Positions 28,027 to 37,941 of a DNA stretch of 64,000 bases are shown piece after piece. How positions within the stretch are numbered: the first letter of the stretch is position 1; the number at the start of each line of letters is the position of its first letter. Below the pieces are notes generated by a model, which was given only the letters and a program-made list of their open reading frames with translations, had not been told where the DNA came from and made no database searches. The stretch comes from an uncultured Gemmatimonadales bacterium (GTDB lineage: Bacteria > Gemmatimonadota > Gemmatimonadetes > Longimicrobiales > RSA9). The DNA is taken from assembly GCA_963783305.1 (NCBI GenBank), contig CAWAMW010000017.1, positions 479,915 through 543,914 of the forward strand. Direction: 5' to 3'. The position numbers and the translations under genes were made by a program.

Positions 28027-28245
28027 CTAGCCCGACAGCCTGGCGCTGAAGCCCGCCTCCTTCACCCGCTCGAGGATCCGGGTGTAGTCTACCTCGTCGT
28101 CCTCGAAATCGACCTCGGCACAGCCCTCGCCGGGGCTGACCACGACCCCGAACACGCCTGGCATGTCGCGCAGCGCAGCCTCCAGACGGCCCTCATCCCC
28201 GGGTCGGAGTCCTTCCACCTTCAGCAGCATGGTGGCCATGGTCAC
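28027..28245 (-). CDS. HMA-fold small protein lacking CxxC
   Basis: LKVEGL....GRLEAAL..PGV..V.V.....A.V.F.......I...V..AGF HMA pattern; GTGA overlap with the upstream gene. Confidence 0.65.
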   Translation of the reverse strand: MTMATMLLKVEGLRPGDEGRLEAALRDMPGVFGVVVSPGEGCAEVDFEDDEVDYTRILERVKEAGFSARLSG

Positions 28246-29267
28246 CTGCCTCCGGGGAGGAATACATATCCCTGTGCCACCTCGTCGAAGCGGTACCCCA
28301 CCGGCAGAATCTCCAGGCTCATGCCGGGCGTGGACAGCTCCTCCACCGCGTCCTGCACGTCCGCGATCTCCCCGCGGATCCGGGTACCGCCCGGCTCCTT
28401 CAGCGCTCTACGGAGCGGCCGGTGGAGCCGCGTGCCCCGGTATGTCGGCAGCTGCTGCATGCCGTCCGCGGACGAGCCCATGTCGGGCAGGATCGTCCGG
28501 GTCCGGCTCCCGGACCGCCGCCGCAGGAGCTCGCCGAGCCACTCCACGCGCACCGGGTCACCGCCGCCGGAGCGGATCTCGCCGTACGTGCCCTGCAGCG
28601 CCTGGTAGCCGTCTACGAACGCGAGCACGCGGGCATCCGGCATGATGGAGAACAGCTCGCGGTCCAGCCGGTCCAGCATCTGCGGGGCGCGCCGAGCGAA
28701 GATCTCGCCAATGTCGCGGGGCGCCACCCCCTCCGGCGGCGGCCAGTCCTCGACGCCGGCCGCGATGATCCGGATCCGCTGCGACGCGTTCAGCCCCTGG
28801 TTGGCCTCCCGCACCGCCTGATAGATGCGGAGATACTCCCGGGCCTGCCCTTGCTGCTCCTGCACCGCGGCCGGCCTCGACAGCAGCATGGAAGCGTCAT
28901 CCTTGGTGGCCCCCAGGTACGCGTCAATGTAGCGCTGCTCCGATGCCGGCACCTCCAGCAGGACGGCGTCCAGACGCTGCTCCCGCGACAGACGCTCGAT
29001 CGCCTGCGCCGCCATTCGCTTCGGGGCGGCCTTCCCCGCCACATCTCCCAGGATCACGATCTGCGCGCCCCGGGCCACCTGCTCTACGAGTAACCCCGGC
29101 TCGACCGCCTGCTCCTGCAGCCGTTCGATGACCGGGGTGAACTCGCTCGCGGCACCCGAGTCCAGTACGAGCGCCGCCCCCGCCACGACGATGAGTACGA
29201 CCAGCGCCACCGCGCCGCCGCGGCGCCACGACAGCGGCTGAAGCATCCATCGGTTTCGTGGAGACAT
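28242..29267 (-). CDS. Membrane-anchored/exported hypothetical protein (possibly ChaN/EreA-like fold)
   Basis: N-terminal TM; IVILGD and VLLE segments reminiscent of ChaN/EreA; fold assignment weak. Confidence 0.6.
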   Translation of the reverse strand: MSPRNRWMLQPLSWRRGGAVALVVLIVVAGAALVLDSGAASEFTPVIERLQEQAVEPGLLVEQVARGAQIVILGDVAGKAAPKRMAAQAIERLSREQRLDAVLLEVPASEQRYIDAYLGATKDDASMLLSRPAAVQEQQGQAREYLRIYQAVREANQGLNASQRIRIIAAGVEDWPPPEGVAPRDIGEIFARRAPQMLDRLDRELFSIMPDARVLAFVDGYQALQGTYGEIRSGGGDPVRVEWLGELLRRRSGSRTRTILPDMGSSADGMQQLPTYRGTRLHRPLRRALKEPGGTRIRGEIADVQDAVEELSTPGMSLEILPVGYRFDEVAQGYVFLPGGR

Positions 29268-29382
29268 TGTGCTCAGCAGTCCAGGTTTTGAGTGTCAGGT
29301 GAGCGGGGGGTCACCCCGCAGTCGAAGCGCAGGTGCCCGGCTCCATCGCGACCGCATCCGCAACACCGATACCCGCCCGCGC

Positions 29383-31389
29383 TCACCGGCGCCACACATC
29401 GTTTCTCGAGTCGACGTCCGGGAAGTACCCGGCCGGGTCGATCTCCACCCGCTCCACCGCCGCGCCCTCCGGCAGTGTGATCGAAACCCGATCCGCACCT
29501 TCCAGCCACCGTTCCACGGGGATCCTGCGCTCCAGGACCTCCCCGTCCTCACGCGTGATCCGAAGGAGGACTGGCATGGGGATCCAGCCGCGATCCGCGA
29601 TGGTCACCCGGGTCTCGCCGGACGGCAGGCGCTCCACCGCCTCCACCGCCTGGTCCAGGTACCAGTCGCCTTCCTCGGAGCTCTCGTAGTACCAGGACTG
29701 CCAGAACCAACCCAGATCTTCGCCGGTGATGTCCTCGAAGGTGTTGAACAGGTCCCACGGGTACGGGTGTTTGAATGCCCACCGATCGTAGAACGCCCGC
29801 AGGGCGCGATCGAACTCCGCCTCGCCCAGCACGCCGCGGAGCGCGTGCAGCACCGAAGAGGGCTTCGAGTACGAGGCCACCCCATACGCGGAGCCCGGAC
29901 GATGGAAGTCCGACCAGCGCATGATCGGCCCCTCCTGCCCGCTCCGGACTGCCGCCACGTACCCGCTCTGCTCCCCCGGCCAGGGATCGTCGCGGCCCTC
30001 GAAGAACTCAACGCGCGCGTTGCTCTCGTTGAACGACGTCGTCCCCTCGTCGAGCCACGCGTAGCGCCGCTCGTTCGTGCTGAGCATCATGGGAATCCAC
30101 ATGTGCGCGAGCTCGTGCGCGATCACGTTGTACAGCGCGTCGGCTCCCGCTCGATTGTAGTTCCCGATGAGCGTCATCATGGGGAACTCCATCCCCCCCC
30201 CGATGATCCCACCCCCCTCCACCACGCTCATGTGCGGCCACGCGTAGGGAAGGCCGGTATAGCGGGAGAGGAAGTCGATGGAGTGCTGGGCGTAGCGCCA
30301 GGCCTGATCGTAGTTGCGCGCGTGCTCGCGCCAGAAGGCGTCCACACGCGTATAGTCGGTCTCGCCGTCCCCATCGCGGTCGCCCACCGGAGTGCGCGCC
30401 GCGTCCCACGCGTGGTTCTTCATCACGGCGAACGCCACGTCCCTCACGCTGTCCGCGGCGAAGGTCCACCGGAGCCGACCGTCTTCCGCCCGCCGCGTCG
30501 CGGACCTCGCGCCGGCGTGCGAGACCACATGGACCACATCGTCGCTCGACTCGGCTGCACGCAGTCGTTCCACCACATCCGGCGCCAGCACCTCAGCCGG
30601 GTTCTCCAACTCCCCCGTGCTCATCACCAGCCACCCTTCCGGCGCGTCGACCGTGACACGGTAGCTGCCGAAGTCCGAATAGAACTCGGCGTTGCCGCGG
30701 AACGGCTCGGCGTGCCACCCGATGACATCGTCGAACGTGGCGATCTGAGGATACCAGTAGCCGAGGTAGAGAAGCTCATCCCCGCTGTACCCCATCCTCC
30801 CGCTCATGCCCTCCCGGGGCAGCCGGAACGACCAGTCGAAGGCGAGGTCGAGAGAGCTGTTCGGCTCCAGCGGCTCGGGGAGCACGATGAACATGAGCGT
30901 CCCCTCCACCGCCCATCCGGGCGTGCTCTGGTCCGTTGCCCTGTTCAGCGCACGGCCACCGACCGCCACCCGGTCCATGGTCATTCCACCCGTCACCTCC
31001 GCCGGACGGACCCGCTCGACCCCCTCCGCGTGGTAGTTCTGCAGCAGATTCACCACGAGCACCGGAAGGCGGTCCGGGGAGTTGTTGCGGTAGCGGATCG
31101 TTTCCGACCCCGACAACGTCTTCGACTCCACGTCCACCCGTGCGCTGATCCGATAGTCCGCCCACTGCTGCCAGTAGTCGCGGCCCGGCACTCCCTCCCG
31201 GCTCCGGGTGTCCGCCCCGATCGCCACCCGGAACTCCGGTGGGGCAACGACCGGCTGCGGCAGCGGACGCTCCGGCCTCGCTGAAGCCACGGCCTCGGAA
31301 GGACTGGGCGCGGCCGGCGGCGCGGCCACGGACCCGCACCCCCCCAGGGTCGCTGCCATCAAGACGACCAGCACACGACGCATCGACAT
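29383..31389 (-). CDS. M1-family zinc aminopeptidase, lipoprotein
   Basis: GGMEFP, HELAHMW...WLDEG; lipobox LGGC. Confidence 0.92.
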   Translation of the reverse strand: MSMRRVLVVLMAATLGGCGSVAAPPAAPSPSEAVASARPERPLPQPVVAPPEFRVAIGADTRSREGVPGRDYWQQWADYRISARVDVESKTLSGSETIRYRNNSPDRLPVLVVNLLQNYHAEGVERVRPAEVTGGMTMDRVAVGGRALNRATDQSTPGWAVEGTLMFIVLPEPLEPNSSLDLAFDWSFRLPREGMSGRMGYSGDELLYLGYWYPQIATFDDVIGWHAEPFRGNAEFYSDFGSYRVTVDAPEGWLVMSTGELENPAEVLAPDVVERLRAAESSDDVVHVVSHAGARSATRRAEDGRLRWTFAADSVRDVAFAVMKNHAWDAARTPVGDRDGDGETDYTRVDAFWREHARNYDQAWRYAQHSIDFLSRYTGLPYAWPHMSVVEGGGIIGGGMEFPMMTLIGNYNRAGADALYNVIAHELAHMWIPMMLSTNERRYAWLDEGTTSFNESNARVEFFEGRDDPWPGEQSGYVAAVRSGQEGPIMRWSDFHRPGSAYGVASYSKPSSVLHALRGVLGEAEFDRALRAFYDRWAFKHPYPWDLFNTFEDITGEDLGWFWQSWYYESSEEGDWYLDQAVEAVERLPSGETRVTIADRGWIPMPVLLRITREDGEVLERRIPVERWLEGADRVSITLPEGAAVERVEIDPAGYFPDVDSRNDVWRR

Positions 31390-31504
31390 CGGCTCGCTCC
31401 TTTTCTGTTCCCGACCTCTCGAACAGGAAACCTCTCCGCCGGCTCGCCACCCCGCAACTGTCACACCGCACCCGCCCGCACGCCGACCCCGGCCGCCCCC
31501 ACAG

Positions 31505-31533
31505 TTGAATCGCCCCTTCGGATGCGCTATTAT
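31505..31533 (+). promoter_or_regulatory. Sigma70-type promoter
   Basis: TTGAAT-17 nt-TATTAT upstream of the small ORF at 31573. Confidence 0.55.
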
Positions 31534-31572
31534 TCCATGTTACTTTCCGATCTGCAATTCTCAGGGGGACGA

Positions 31573-31761
31573 ATGGACGAAGTGGCCAAGGACGCCAAGA
31601 GGCTGCTCCTGCGGTACGGCGCGCCGATCTCGGTCGTGGAGCGCCTTCCGGAGGGGGATCGGATCAGCTATGCCCGCTCCGTGGTGAAGACCACGCTGAG
31701 CGAGCGCGGGAAGAAAGTGAAGCAGCTTCTGGCTGATGGCGGCTGGATGGACAAGAAGTAG
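31573..31761 (+). CDS. Small hypothetical protein (62 aa)
   Basis: GGGGGA RBS, high-GC3 codons, flanked by a promoter and a terminator. Confidence 0.7.
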   Translation: MDEVAKDAKRLLLRYGAPISVVERLPEGDRISYARSVVKTTLSERGKKVKQLLADGGWMDKK

Positions 31762-31777
31762 GCCTCACCGCTTGACG

Positions 31778-31819
31778 AAAAACGAGAGACCGCCCGGCGT
31801 CGCTGGGCGGTCTCTTTTT
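31778..31819. terminator. Intrinsic terminator, probably bidirectional
   Basis: AGAGACCGCCCGGC/GCTGGGCGGTCTCT hairpin with an A-tract before and a T-tract after, between convergent genes. Confidence 0.8.
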
Positions 31820-31859
31820 GCATGGACCGCGCTCTCCTGCCGGGAATCGCCGGCTGGTC

Positions 31860-32516
31860 CTAGCGCCCCAGCGGCACCGCCACCCCTCCCGACAGGGCGA
31901 AGCCCGTGTGCCGCGCGTCCAGCGACGGGTCACCCGACTGAATGGAGCGCAGCCCCAGGGTGTAGCGCGCATCAATGTAGAAGGTGCTCGCCCCCATGAG
32001 CAGGTCCAGCGCCGCGCCGATCACCATCCCGTAATCGGTGCTCCGCGCATTGAACCCCTGCTCCGCGGAGTCGTCGCAGGCGCGGGCGTCGCCACCCGCC
32101 GGCTCGATCTGACAATCCAGCAGGAACCCCGCGTAAGGACCGGCGAACACGCTGGGCAGGAGCCGGTCGCCCGGGAACCCTGCCCGCAGAAGCACCGGCA
32201 CTTCTATGTAGCTCATCTCCACCTTCGCCGGATCGGCCGCCGGGTCCAGCTCTGATGCGCCCACCCGCAGAGCCCCCGCTCCGCGCGTGCCGTAGACGAC
32301 CTCCAGCTGCAGGGCCAGCCGATCGGAGAGGCCGAACCCGTAATAGCCGCCGACCACGAGCCCGCTGATGGAGCCGGCTCCCTGATTGCTGTCGAGCTCC
32401 GACCAACGCACCCCCGCACGCACGCCCACCGCCGATTGCGCGGAGGCCATGGCCGGCGCCATCAGGACGGCGCTCACCACGAACCCCATGAGCCACTTCT
32501 GCATCAGTTCCCTCAT
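31860..32516 (-). CDS. Outer-membrane beta-barrel protein (porin/PorT-like)
   Basis: Signal peptide; YIEVPVLLR, FAGPY.GFLL, DARYTLGL alternating strands. Confidence 0.8.
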   Translation of the reverse strand: MRELMQKWLMGFVVSAVLMAPAMASAQSAVGVRAGVRWSELDSNQGAGSISGLVVGGYYGFGLSDRLALQLEVVYGTRGAGALRVGASELDPAADPAKVEMSYIEVPVLLRAGFPGDRLLPSVFAGPYAGFLLDCQIEPAGGDARACDDSAEQGFNARSTDYGMVIGAALDLLMGASTFYIDARYTLGLRSIQSGDPSLDARHTGFALSGGVAVPLGR

Positions 32517-32543
32517 GTCGTCAGATTGGAAGGCTGCGGGAAA

Positions 32544-34205
32544 CTAATGGCCGGCACCGCCAATCTCCAACTCCAGCCGCCGCTCGTGGTCCAGCACCAG
32601 CTGCACCGGCACCCGCAGGCGCCCGTCCACGAGCGCCGCATCCAGCTCCGCCGCCTGCCCGTCCACCCACGACCTCTCCAGTCGAGCGCCCCCGAGCTCC
32701 GGCTCGAAGATGACGCGGATGGGCGCGACCCCGCCTACCTGCCGCAGCACGAACCGATGGATCGAACCATCCCGCCGGTACTCCATCTCCACCACCGCCG
32801 CACCCACCCGCAGGTTCCTCAACCTGAAATCGGCCCAGGAGGACGCAAGCCGCGGCCGCAGCGTGAGACGTCCCCGCGGTGCATCCGGCTCCACCCCCAG
32901 AATGCCCAGGAGCAGCGCCTCCACCAGCGCCGCCGACCGCAGGGCCTCGTCCCGCTCTGCGACCGCACCCGCACTCGCGTCCGGCTGGGCGGGGGCTTCC
33001 TCCAGCCGGGGGCGGCTCGCGGCCGCCGGTCCCGACGACCCGGACGCCGCGGATTCGATCCGCGCCGCGAGCTCCTCGTCCCCCACCTCCTCCGCCGCCA
33101 CCCGCAGCTCCGCCAGCCCGCGCGAGCAGTGCGCCCGCGACCATGACTCCAGCGTCGTGACGCTGGTGACGATGCCCCCCACGTGCTCCAGACACCGCTC
33201 CGCGCTCTCCCTCACACCGGGCCAGTCCGCCCGCAGCCCCGCGATATCCCCCGTCCACGCCAGGTACCGGGATGCCAGAACGAGCCGCAGGCCGTCCCCA
33301 CCAGGGCCCTCTGCCGGGGCATCCGGAACGGCCAACAGCCGGCGCGCCGGACCCGTTTCTCCCACCGCGAGTCCGGCCAGCGCGATCCGCAGTCCGCGCT
33401 CGCTTGCAGCCGCACCCATTCCGGGTGCAGCCGCTGCCATGGCCAGCCCCACCTTCGCCCACTCCAGAGCCTCTCCCAGCCCTGCTTCGGGGGCATCCAG
33501 CGACAGCCCCGTCTCCATTCTCCTCACCGACTCCGCCCGTCTCGCCGGCACTACGACCTGGGGCCGACCCATCACCCTCAGCAGCCGCCCCTCGTCGGCG
33601 CCCGGGGCCACTCCCCCCAGCGCCAGTCGCACGGCGTGGCCCGCCCCCAGATCGAGCCGCGCCAGCACGCGCGGACCGGCGAGAGGGGAACGCGTGTCGT
33701 CGGAGTCGGAAACAGATAGCTCCAGCGGGGATGTCGAGAGCGCGTACAGTCCGCGTCCCCCCTCACCCTCCACCACCAGGCCACGCTTCAGTAAGGTCCA
33801 GCGATACCCGGGGCTCGGGAGCGACCATGTCAGCGTCAGCACCAGGTCGCCGGCCGCCACCCACTCCAGGAAGCACACGGAATCAGCGGACGAAACCACC
33901 ATTCGCTCGATCACCGTCCCGCCCGGGAGGCGCAGCGTGCGCTCGAGGCCGATGGGCGTCAGCGTCGCTGAGACGGGGGTGGCGCCCTCGGCGCGAAGGC
34001 CCTGCACCAGCGGAATCCCGCCGGCGAGCAACCGGTCCACACCGCGCCGGAACCCGCCGTGGATGGACGCGTCGCCACCGACGACCGTGAAGGGGGGGTC
34101 GTCGTCGAGAGGAGGGGTACGGGCGAGATCGAACCCGGGGCTGCCCACCGCGCGGGCGAGGGCGGGCAACTCCGGCTTCAAGAAGGGTCGCGCCGGCCCG
34201 CTCAC
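32544..34205 (-). CDS. Glycogen-debranching/glycoside-hydrolase-like protein (degenerate)
   Basis: [24 protein letters not shown]...LRPRL...W..NLRVG typical of amylo-alpha-1,6-glucosidase-like proteins. Confidence 0.55.
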   Translation of the reverse strand: MSGPARPFLKPELPALARAVGSPGFDLARTPPLDDDPPFTVVGGDASIHGGFRRGVDRLLAGGIPLVQGLRAEGATPVSATLTPIGLERTLRLPGGTVIERMVVSSADSVCFLEWVAAGDLVLTLTWSLPSPGYRWTLLKRGLVVEGEGGRGLYALSTSPLELSVSDSDDTRSPLAGPRVLARLDLGAGHAVRLALGGVAPGADEGRLLRVMGRPQVVVPARRAESVRRMETGLSLDAPEAGLGEALEWAKVGLAMAAAAPGMGAAASERGLRIALAGLAVGETGPARRLLAVPDAPAEGPGGDGLRLVLASRYLAWTGDIAGLRADWPGVRESAERCLEHVGGIVTSVTTLESWSRAHCSRGLAELRVAAEEVGDEELAARIESAASGSSGPAAASRPRLEEAPAQPDASAGAVAERDEALRSAALVEALLLGILGVEPDAPRGRLTLRPRLASSWADFRLRNLRVGAAVVEMEYRRDGSIHRFVLRQVGGVAPIRVIFEPELGGARLERSWVDGQAAELDAALVDGRLRVPVQLVLDHERRLELEIGGAGH

Positions 34206-34609
34206 GACTCCGGCTCGAACTCCAGCGAAGCCGAGTTGATGCAGTACCGCAGACCCGTGGGCTCAGGACCGTCGGGGAACACATGACCGAGGTGGGACTC
34301 GCACCGGGCACAGAGCGCCTCCGTCCGCCGCATCCCCAGGCTCCGATCTTCCCGCGCCGCCACCGCGGCCTCACGGGCAGGCCGGTAGAAGCTCGGCCAG
34401 CCGCTCCCCGACTCGTACTTCGACTCCGAGCTGAACAATACCTCCCCGCACGCGCCGCACCGATACGTGCCCGGCTCCTTGTTGTCCCACAACGCCCCCG
34501 TGAACGGCCGCTCCGTGCCCTGCTCCCGCAGCACCCGGTACTGCTCCGGCGTCAGCTCCGCGCGCCACTCCGCGTCCGTCTTCTCGACCTTCCGATCTTC
34601 TTCCGACAT
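34202..34609 (-). CDS. msrB: Peptide-methionine (R)-S-oxide reductase
   Basis: GTERPF, CGAC, SGWPSF, CARC..HLGHVF, RYCINS. Confidence 0.96.
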   Translation of the reverse strand: MSEEDRKVEKTDAEWRAELTPEQYRVLREQGTERPFTGALWDNKEPGTYRCGACGEVLFSSESKYESGSGWPSFYRPAREAAVAAREDRSLGMRRTEALCARCESHLGHVFPDGPEPTGLRYCINSASLEFEPES

Positions 34610-34662
34610 GGCATGCTCTCCTTTTCCTGGGCACTCCTTCTACCACCGCAGATCCGGCGGGT

Positions 34663-35184
34663 TCACGGCGTCGCGGGCACCTCGCCCGGTGCGGGAGCCA
34701 CCCGGTCCCCGATCTCCACACCGCGTCGGGCGAAGAACCCCTGCGCTACCTCCAGAGCTCCGCGGTACGGCATTCCAGGACTGTAGCGGCGGCACAGCTC
34801 CGGGTTCGGGCTCGTGCACGGGTCCATCGCCATGATCGACACGATCCGCCCCTCCGCGTCGAGAAACGCGATATCCAGCGGGATCCGCGTGCGGTACATC
34901 CAGAACGCACCCGTTGGCTCCAGCGTCTCCGGGTACACGAACAGCATGCCGTGTTCCTCCGGCAAAGTGGGCCGCTCCATCAAGCCGTACGAGCGCCGGT
35001 CGCCGTCGTTCGCCAGCTCGGCCGTAATCCGCACGGTGTCTACGGCCGTGAAGATCGCCACCCCCGTCGTGTCGAACGTCACCAGCGGATCGTACGCGTC
35101 ATCCGGCCCCGCATCATCCCCCGCTCCGCCGCACGCCAGCGCCCCCACCAACAGCAGCGGCAGCCACCACGTCCTCCCCCTCAT
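34663..35184 (-). CDS. DUF192-family lipoprotein
   Basis: GLMER, GMLFVY, FWMYRT.IPLDIAF, ALEV; lipobox LAC. Confidence 0.85.
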   Translation of the reverse strand: MRGRTWWLPLLLVGALACGGAGDDAGPDDAYDPLVTFDTTGVAIFTAVDTVRITAELANDGDRRSYGLMERPTLPEEHGMLFVYPETLEPTGAFWMYRTRIPLDIAFLDAEGRIVSIMAMDPCTSPNPELCRRYSPGMPYRGALEVAQGFFARRGVEIGDRVAPAPGEVPATP

Positions 35185-35214
35185 CTTTCGCATACCCCCT
35201 GCCCCGACCACACC

Positions 35215-35715
35215 CTACGGCTCGACCGTTCGGTCCACCACGTCCAGCAGCTCCACGTCGAACACCAGCGTCGAGTTGGCCGGGATCGGACCCATCCCCC
35301 GTTCGCCGTACCCCATCACCGGCGGAATCACCAGACGACGCCGACCGCCCACCCGCATCCCCACGATCCCCTGGTCCCACCCGTCGATCACACGCCCATA
35401 CCCGAGCGCCACTTCGAACGCCTTGCCCCCGTCCCGACTGCTGTCGAACTTCTTCCCCTGAGGCAGCCAGCCCGTGTAGTGCACCGTCACGATATCCCCC
35501 GAGTCTGCCCTCGCACCCTCACCCGTCACCACATCCTGCACGTACAGGCCCGTCGGGCGGCGCTCCATCTCCGCCAGCTCCACGTCCAGCGCGCTCGCGT
35601 ACCGCTCCGCCACCCGCCGCTCCGCCGGCAGCCGCGACTGATCCGGGCCCGACTCGGCGCAGCCCCCCACAACCGCTCCCGCCACCACCATGGCGGCCCC
35701 TACCCATGTCCTCAT
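35215..35715 (-). CDS. FKBP-type peptidyl-prolyl isomerase (lipoprotein)
   Basis: VHYTGWL, FDSS, VIDGWDQG, IPP..GYG, IPANSTLVFDVEL. Confidence 0.93.
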   Translation of the reverse strand: MRTWVGAAMVVAGAVVGGCAESGPDQSRLPAERRVAERYASALDVELAEMERRPTGLYVQDVVTGEGARADSGDIVTVHYTGWLPQGKKFDSSRDGGKAFEVALGYGRVIDGWDQGIVGMRVGGRRRLVIPPVMGYGERGMGPIPANSTLVFDVELLDVVDRTVEP

Positions 35716-36040
35716 GTTGCCCGCTCCTCGCCTCTCGGTTCCCCGTCCAGGGGCCACGCCAGCCCCGCTCCCGTCCCCAAACATACGCGCCGGACGTCGC
35801 CACAACGAGTATGGCGGGCCGGCGCCCTACGAGCGCGCGAAATCGCTCACTAAAAGCGCGCGATACCGCGCGGTTATGCCCTCGTGCGCCCCGTGACTTC
35901 CACCCGGATATAGCTGTAAATGCTTGTCATAAAACTATTTAGGCCACTGCATGCGGTTGTGGTCCCGTCCGTGCCCTATAACAGGGCGAAGGCGGTCGGG
36001 TTGGCCGCCGGACCCGAAAAGAAACAGGAAGAGGAAGACC

Positions 36041-36538
36041 ATGACCGCATACACCGAAAGCACCCGGAACACCATGACCCGCGAGCTGGGGACCACAGGC
36101 AAGCTGATCGTCGGGGGCACCGTCAGCACGGGGCTGCTGCTCGGAGGGTTCGCGGTCGCGGCGATGACGCTGCTGGGTCGCATGAACGGTGGCGCGCTTC
36201 TGCCGACGAGCATCGGGCTCTTCCTGGTGGGCGCCCTGGCCGGACTGGCGCTCAGCCTCGCCATGGGGATGATCGGACGGGCGGACGGGATGGGCTGGAA
36301 GGACGCGGGCTACGACGCCGCGAAGGGCGTCCTCTACGCGATCCCGACCTGCCTCGTGGGCGCGGTTCTGGCCGGGTGGATGGGGATGGTGGTGATCGGG
36401 CTCTACCTGGGGAACGTGCTCCCGATCGCGGGGAGCGCCATGGCCGCTCTGATCGCCGCCGGGATCATGGCTGCGACATTCAAGGTGACGTGTGAAGCGG
36501 GGAGCAACGCGCTCCGGCGGGTCCGGCAGGTGATCTGA
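36041..36538 (+). CDS. Uncharacterised 4-TM membrane protein
   Basis: Purine-rich RBS; four hydrophobic segments; similar to 16918-17658. Confidence 0.75.
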   Translation: MTAYTESTRNTMTRELGTTGKLIVGGTVSTGLLLGGFAVAAMTLLGRMNGGALLPTSIGLFLVGALAGLALSLAMGMIGRADGMGWKDAGYDAAKGVLYAIPTCLVGAVLAGWMGMVVIGLYLGNVLPIAGSAMAALIAAGIMAATFKVTCEAGSNALRRVRQVI

Positions 36539-36569
36539 AAGTAGCACGCAGCACGCGACCGGAGCGCGT

Positions 36570-36602
36570 GAGCCCCGCCGGACCTCGAGTCCGGCGGGGC
36601 TC
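36570..36602. terminator. Hairpin between convergent genes (probable terminator)
   Basis: GAGCCCCGCCGGAC/GTCCGGCGGGGCTC 14-bp perfect stem; no clear U-tract. Confidence 0.6.
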
Positions 36603-36607
36603 TGACA

Positions 36608-37795
36608 TCATGGAGGGCTCGAGTCCCGGAGCTCGAGGAGGGTGCGAGCGGCGGCCGCCCCCGGATTGGTCGCCCCGTTGTTGTAGTTGCGCAGCAGCAC
36701 CACCCCCGTGCGCAGGCGGAGGTCCACCAGCAGGTAGGCGGCGTAGCCGGGGGTGGTGCCGCTATGCCCGGCGAGCTGTGCGCCGCCCACGTCCATTAGC
36801 TGGACCCCCAGTCCGTACCTGGCGTGCCCGGATCGGCCGGGGTCCGTCAGCATGACCACCCGGAGCGAATCGGGGAGCAGGGGCAGCGCTCCCGTAAGCG
36901 CCATTCCGAGGCGTGCCAGGTCGCCCGCGGTGGTGTACAGGCCGCCGCTGGGCACGCGGTACCCGCGGCCGCGGTGCTCCACCCGCGGAACGCGGGGATC
37001 GGCGGTGTCGCCCGGGAGGTTGACGTACCCGGCGGCAAGCCGCCGCCGATGCCCCGGCGGAACCACGAAGAAGGTGCTGCGCATGCCCAGCGGCTCGAGC
37101 ACCAGGGAGTCGGCCAGCACTTCGAAGGGCCGCCCCGCCGCCCGCTCGAGCGCGAACCCGAGCAACGCATAGCCGATGTTCGAGTACCGGTACTCCGAGC
37201 CAGGTCGCGACCGAAGTCCGGTGCTCGAGATCGCCCCCACGGTCTTCCTCTTCCATTGCGCGAACGGCCCCCGACCCCACCTGCGGAGGCGCGGCTCGCG
37301 ATCGAGTCCGGATCGGTGTGCCGCCAGGTCGCGGAACGTGATCGCTCCCGCACCTGTTCCACCGACGCCGCCGCCGGCCGCCCCGGCGAGTTCCGTGAGC
37401 TCCGGCAGGTACCTGGCCACGCGCCCGTCCAGCGACACCACCCCCTCCGCCACCAGGCGGAGCAGCACCAGCGCCGTCACGGTCTTCGTAACGGAGCCCG
37501 CCCGGTACAGAGTCTCCGTTCCCGCGAGCGCGCGCGCGTCCCGGTCGCGCCACCCGAATGCGCCGCGCCAGATCACTTCGTCGCCCACGAACACCGCCGC
37601 GGCCATCGACCCGACGGAGTCGCGGACCACGTCGGCGGCCAGCTCGAGCTCGAGCGCCCGTATGGCACCGGCGTACGAGGCCGCGACCACGGCGGGCTCG
37701 CCGCCCCGCTGCGCCCGGGCCGGTCCCGCAGCCCGGGCGAAACAGGCCGGGAGCACCATCAGCAGCCAGAGGACTCGTCTGGTGGGAGAGGTCAT
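36608..37795 (-). CDS. Serine hydrolase (beta-lactamase/AmpC-like family)
   Basis: SVTK, YSN, HSG motifs; signal peptide. Confidence 0.88.
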   Translation of the reverse strand: MTSPTRRVLWLLMVLPACFARAAGPARAQRGGEPAVVAASYAGAIRALELELAADVVRDSVGSMAAAVFVGDEVIWRGAFGWRDRDARALAGTETLYRAGSVTKTVTALVLLRLVAEGVVSLDGRVARYLPELTELAGAAGGGVGGTGAGAITFRDLAAHRSGLDREPRLRRWGRGPFAQWKRKTVGAISSTGLRSRPGSEYRYSNIGYALLGFALERAAGRPFEVLADSLVLEPLGMRSTFFVVPPGHRRRLAAGYVNLPGDTADPRVPRVEHRGRGYRVPSGGLYTTAGDLARLGMALTGALPLLPDSLRVVMLTDPGRSGHARYGLGVQLMDVGGAQLAGHSGTTPGYAAYLLVDLRLRTGVVLLRNYNNGATNPGAAAARTLLELRDSSPP

Positions 37796-37941
37796 GGCGG
37801 CTCCGGCCCGCACGGCCCGGGCCAGAGGCCCATCCTTCGGGGTATGCCCAGCCAGCGCGCCGCGCCGTCCAGCACACCGTGGGCAAACCGACCGTCGAGA
37901 TGCTACACTACGGTCTTCCCAACGCCCAACCGGAGAGAACC

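Noticed and set aside
36608..37795. Antibiotic-resistance beta-lactamase
   Set aside because: The motifs are shared by the broad serine-hydrolase family; nothing specifically supports beta-lactam hydrolysis.
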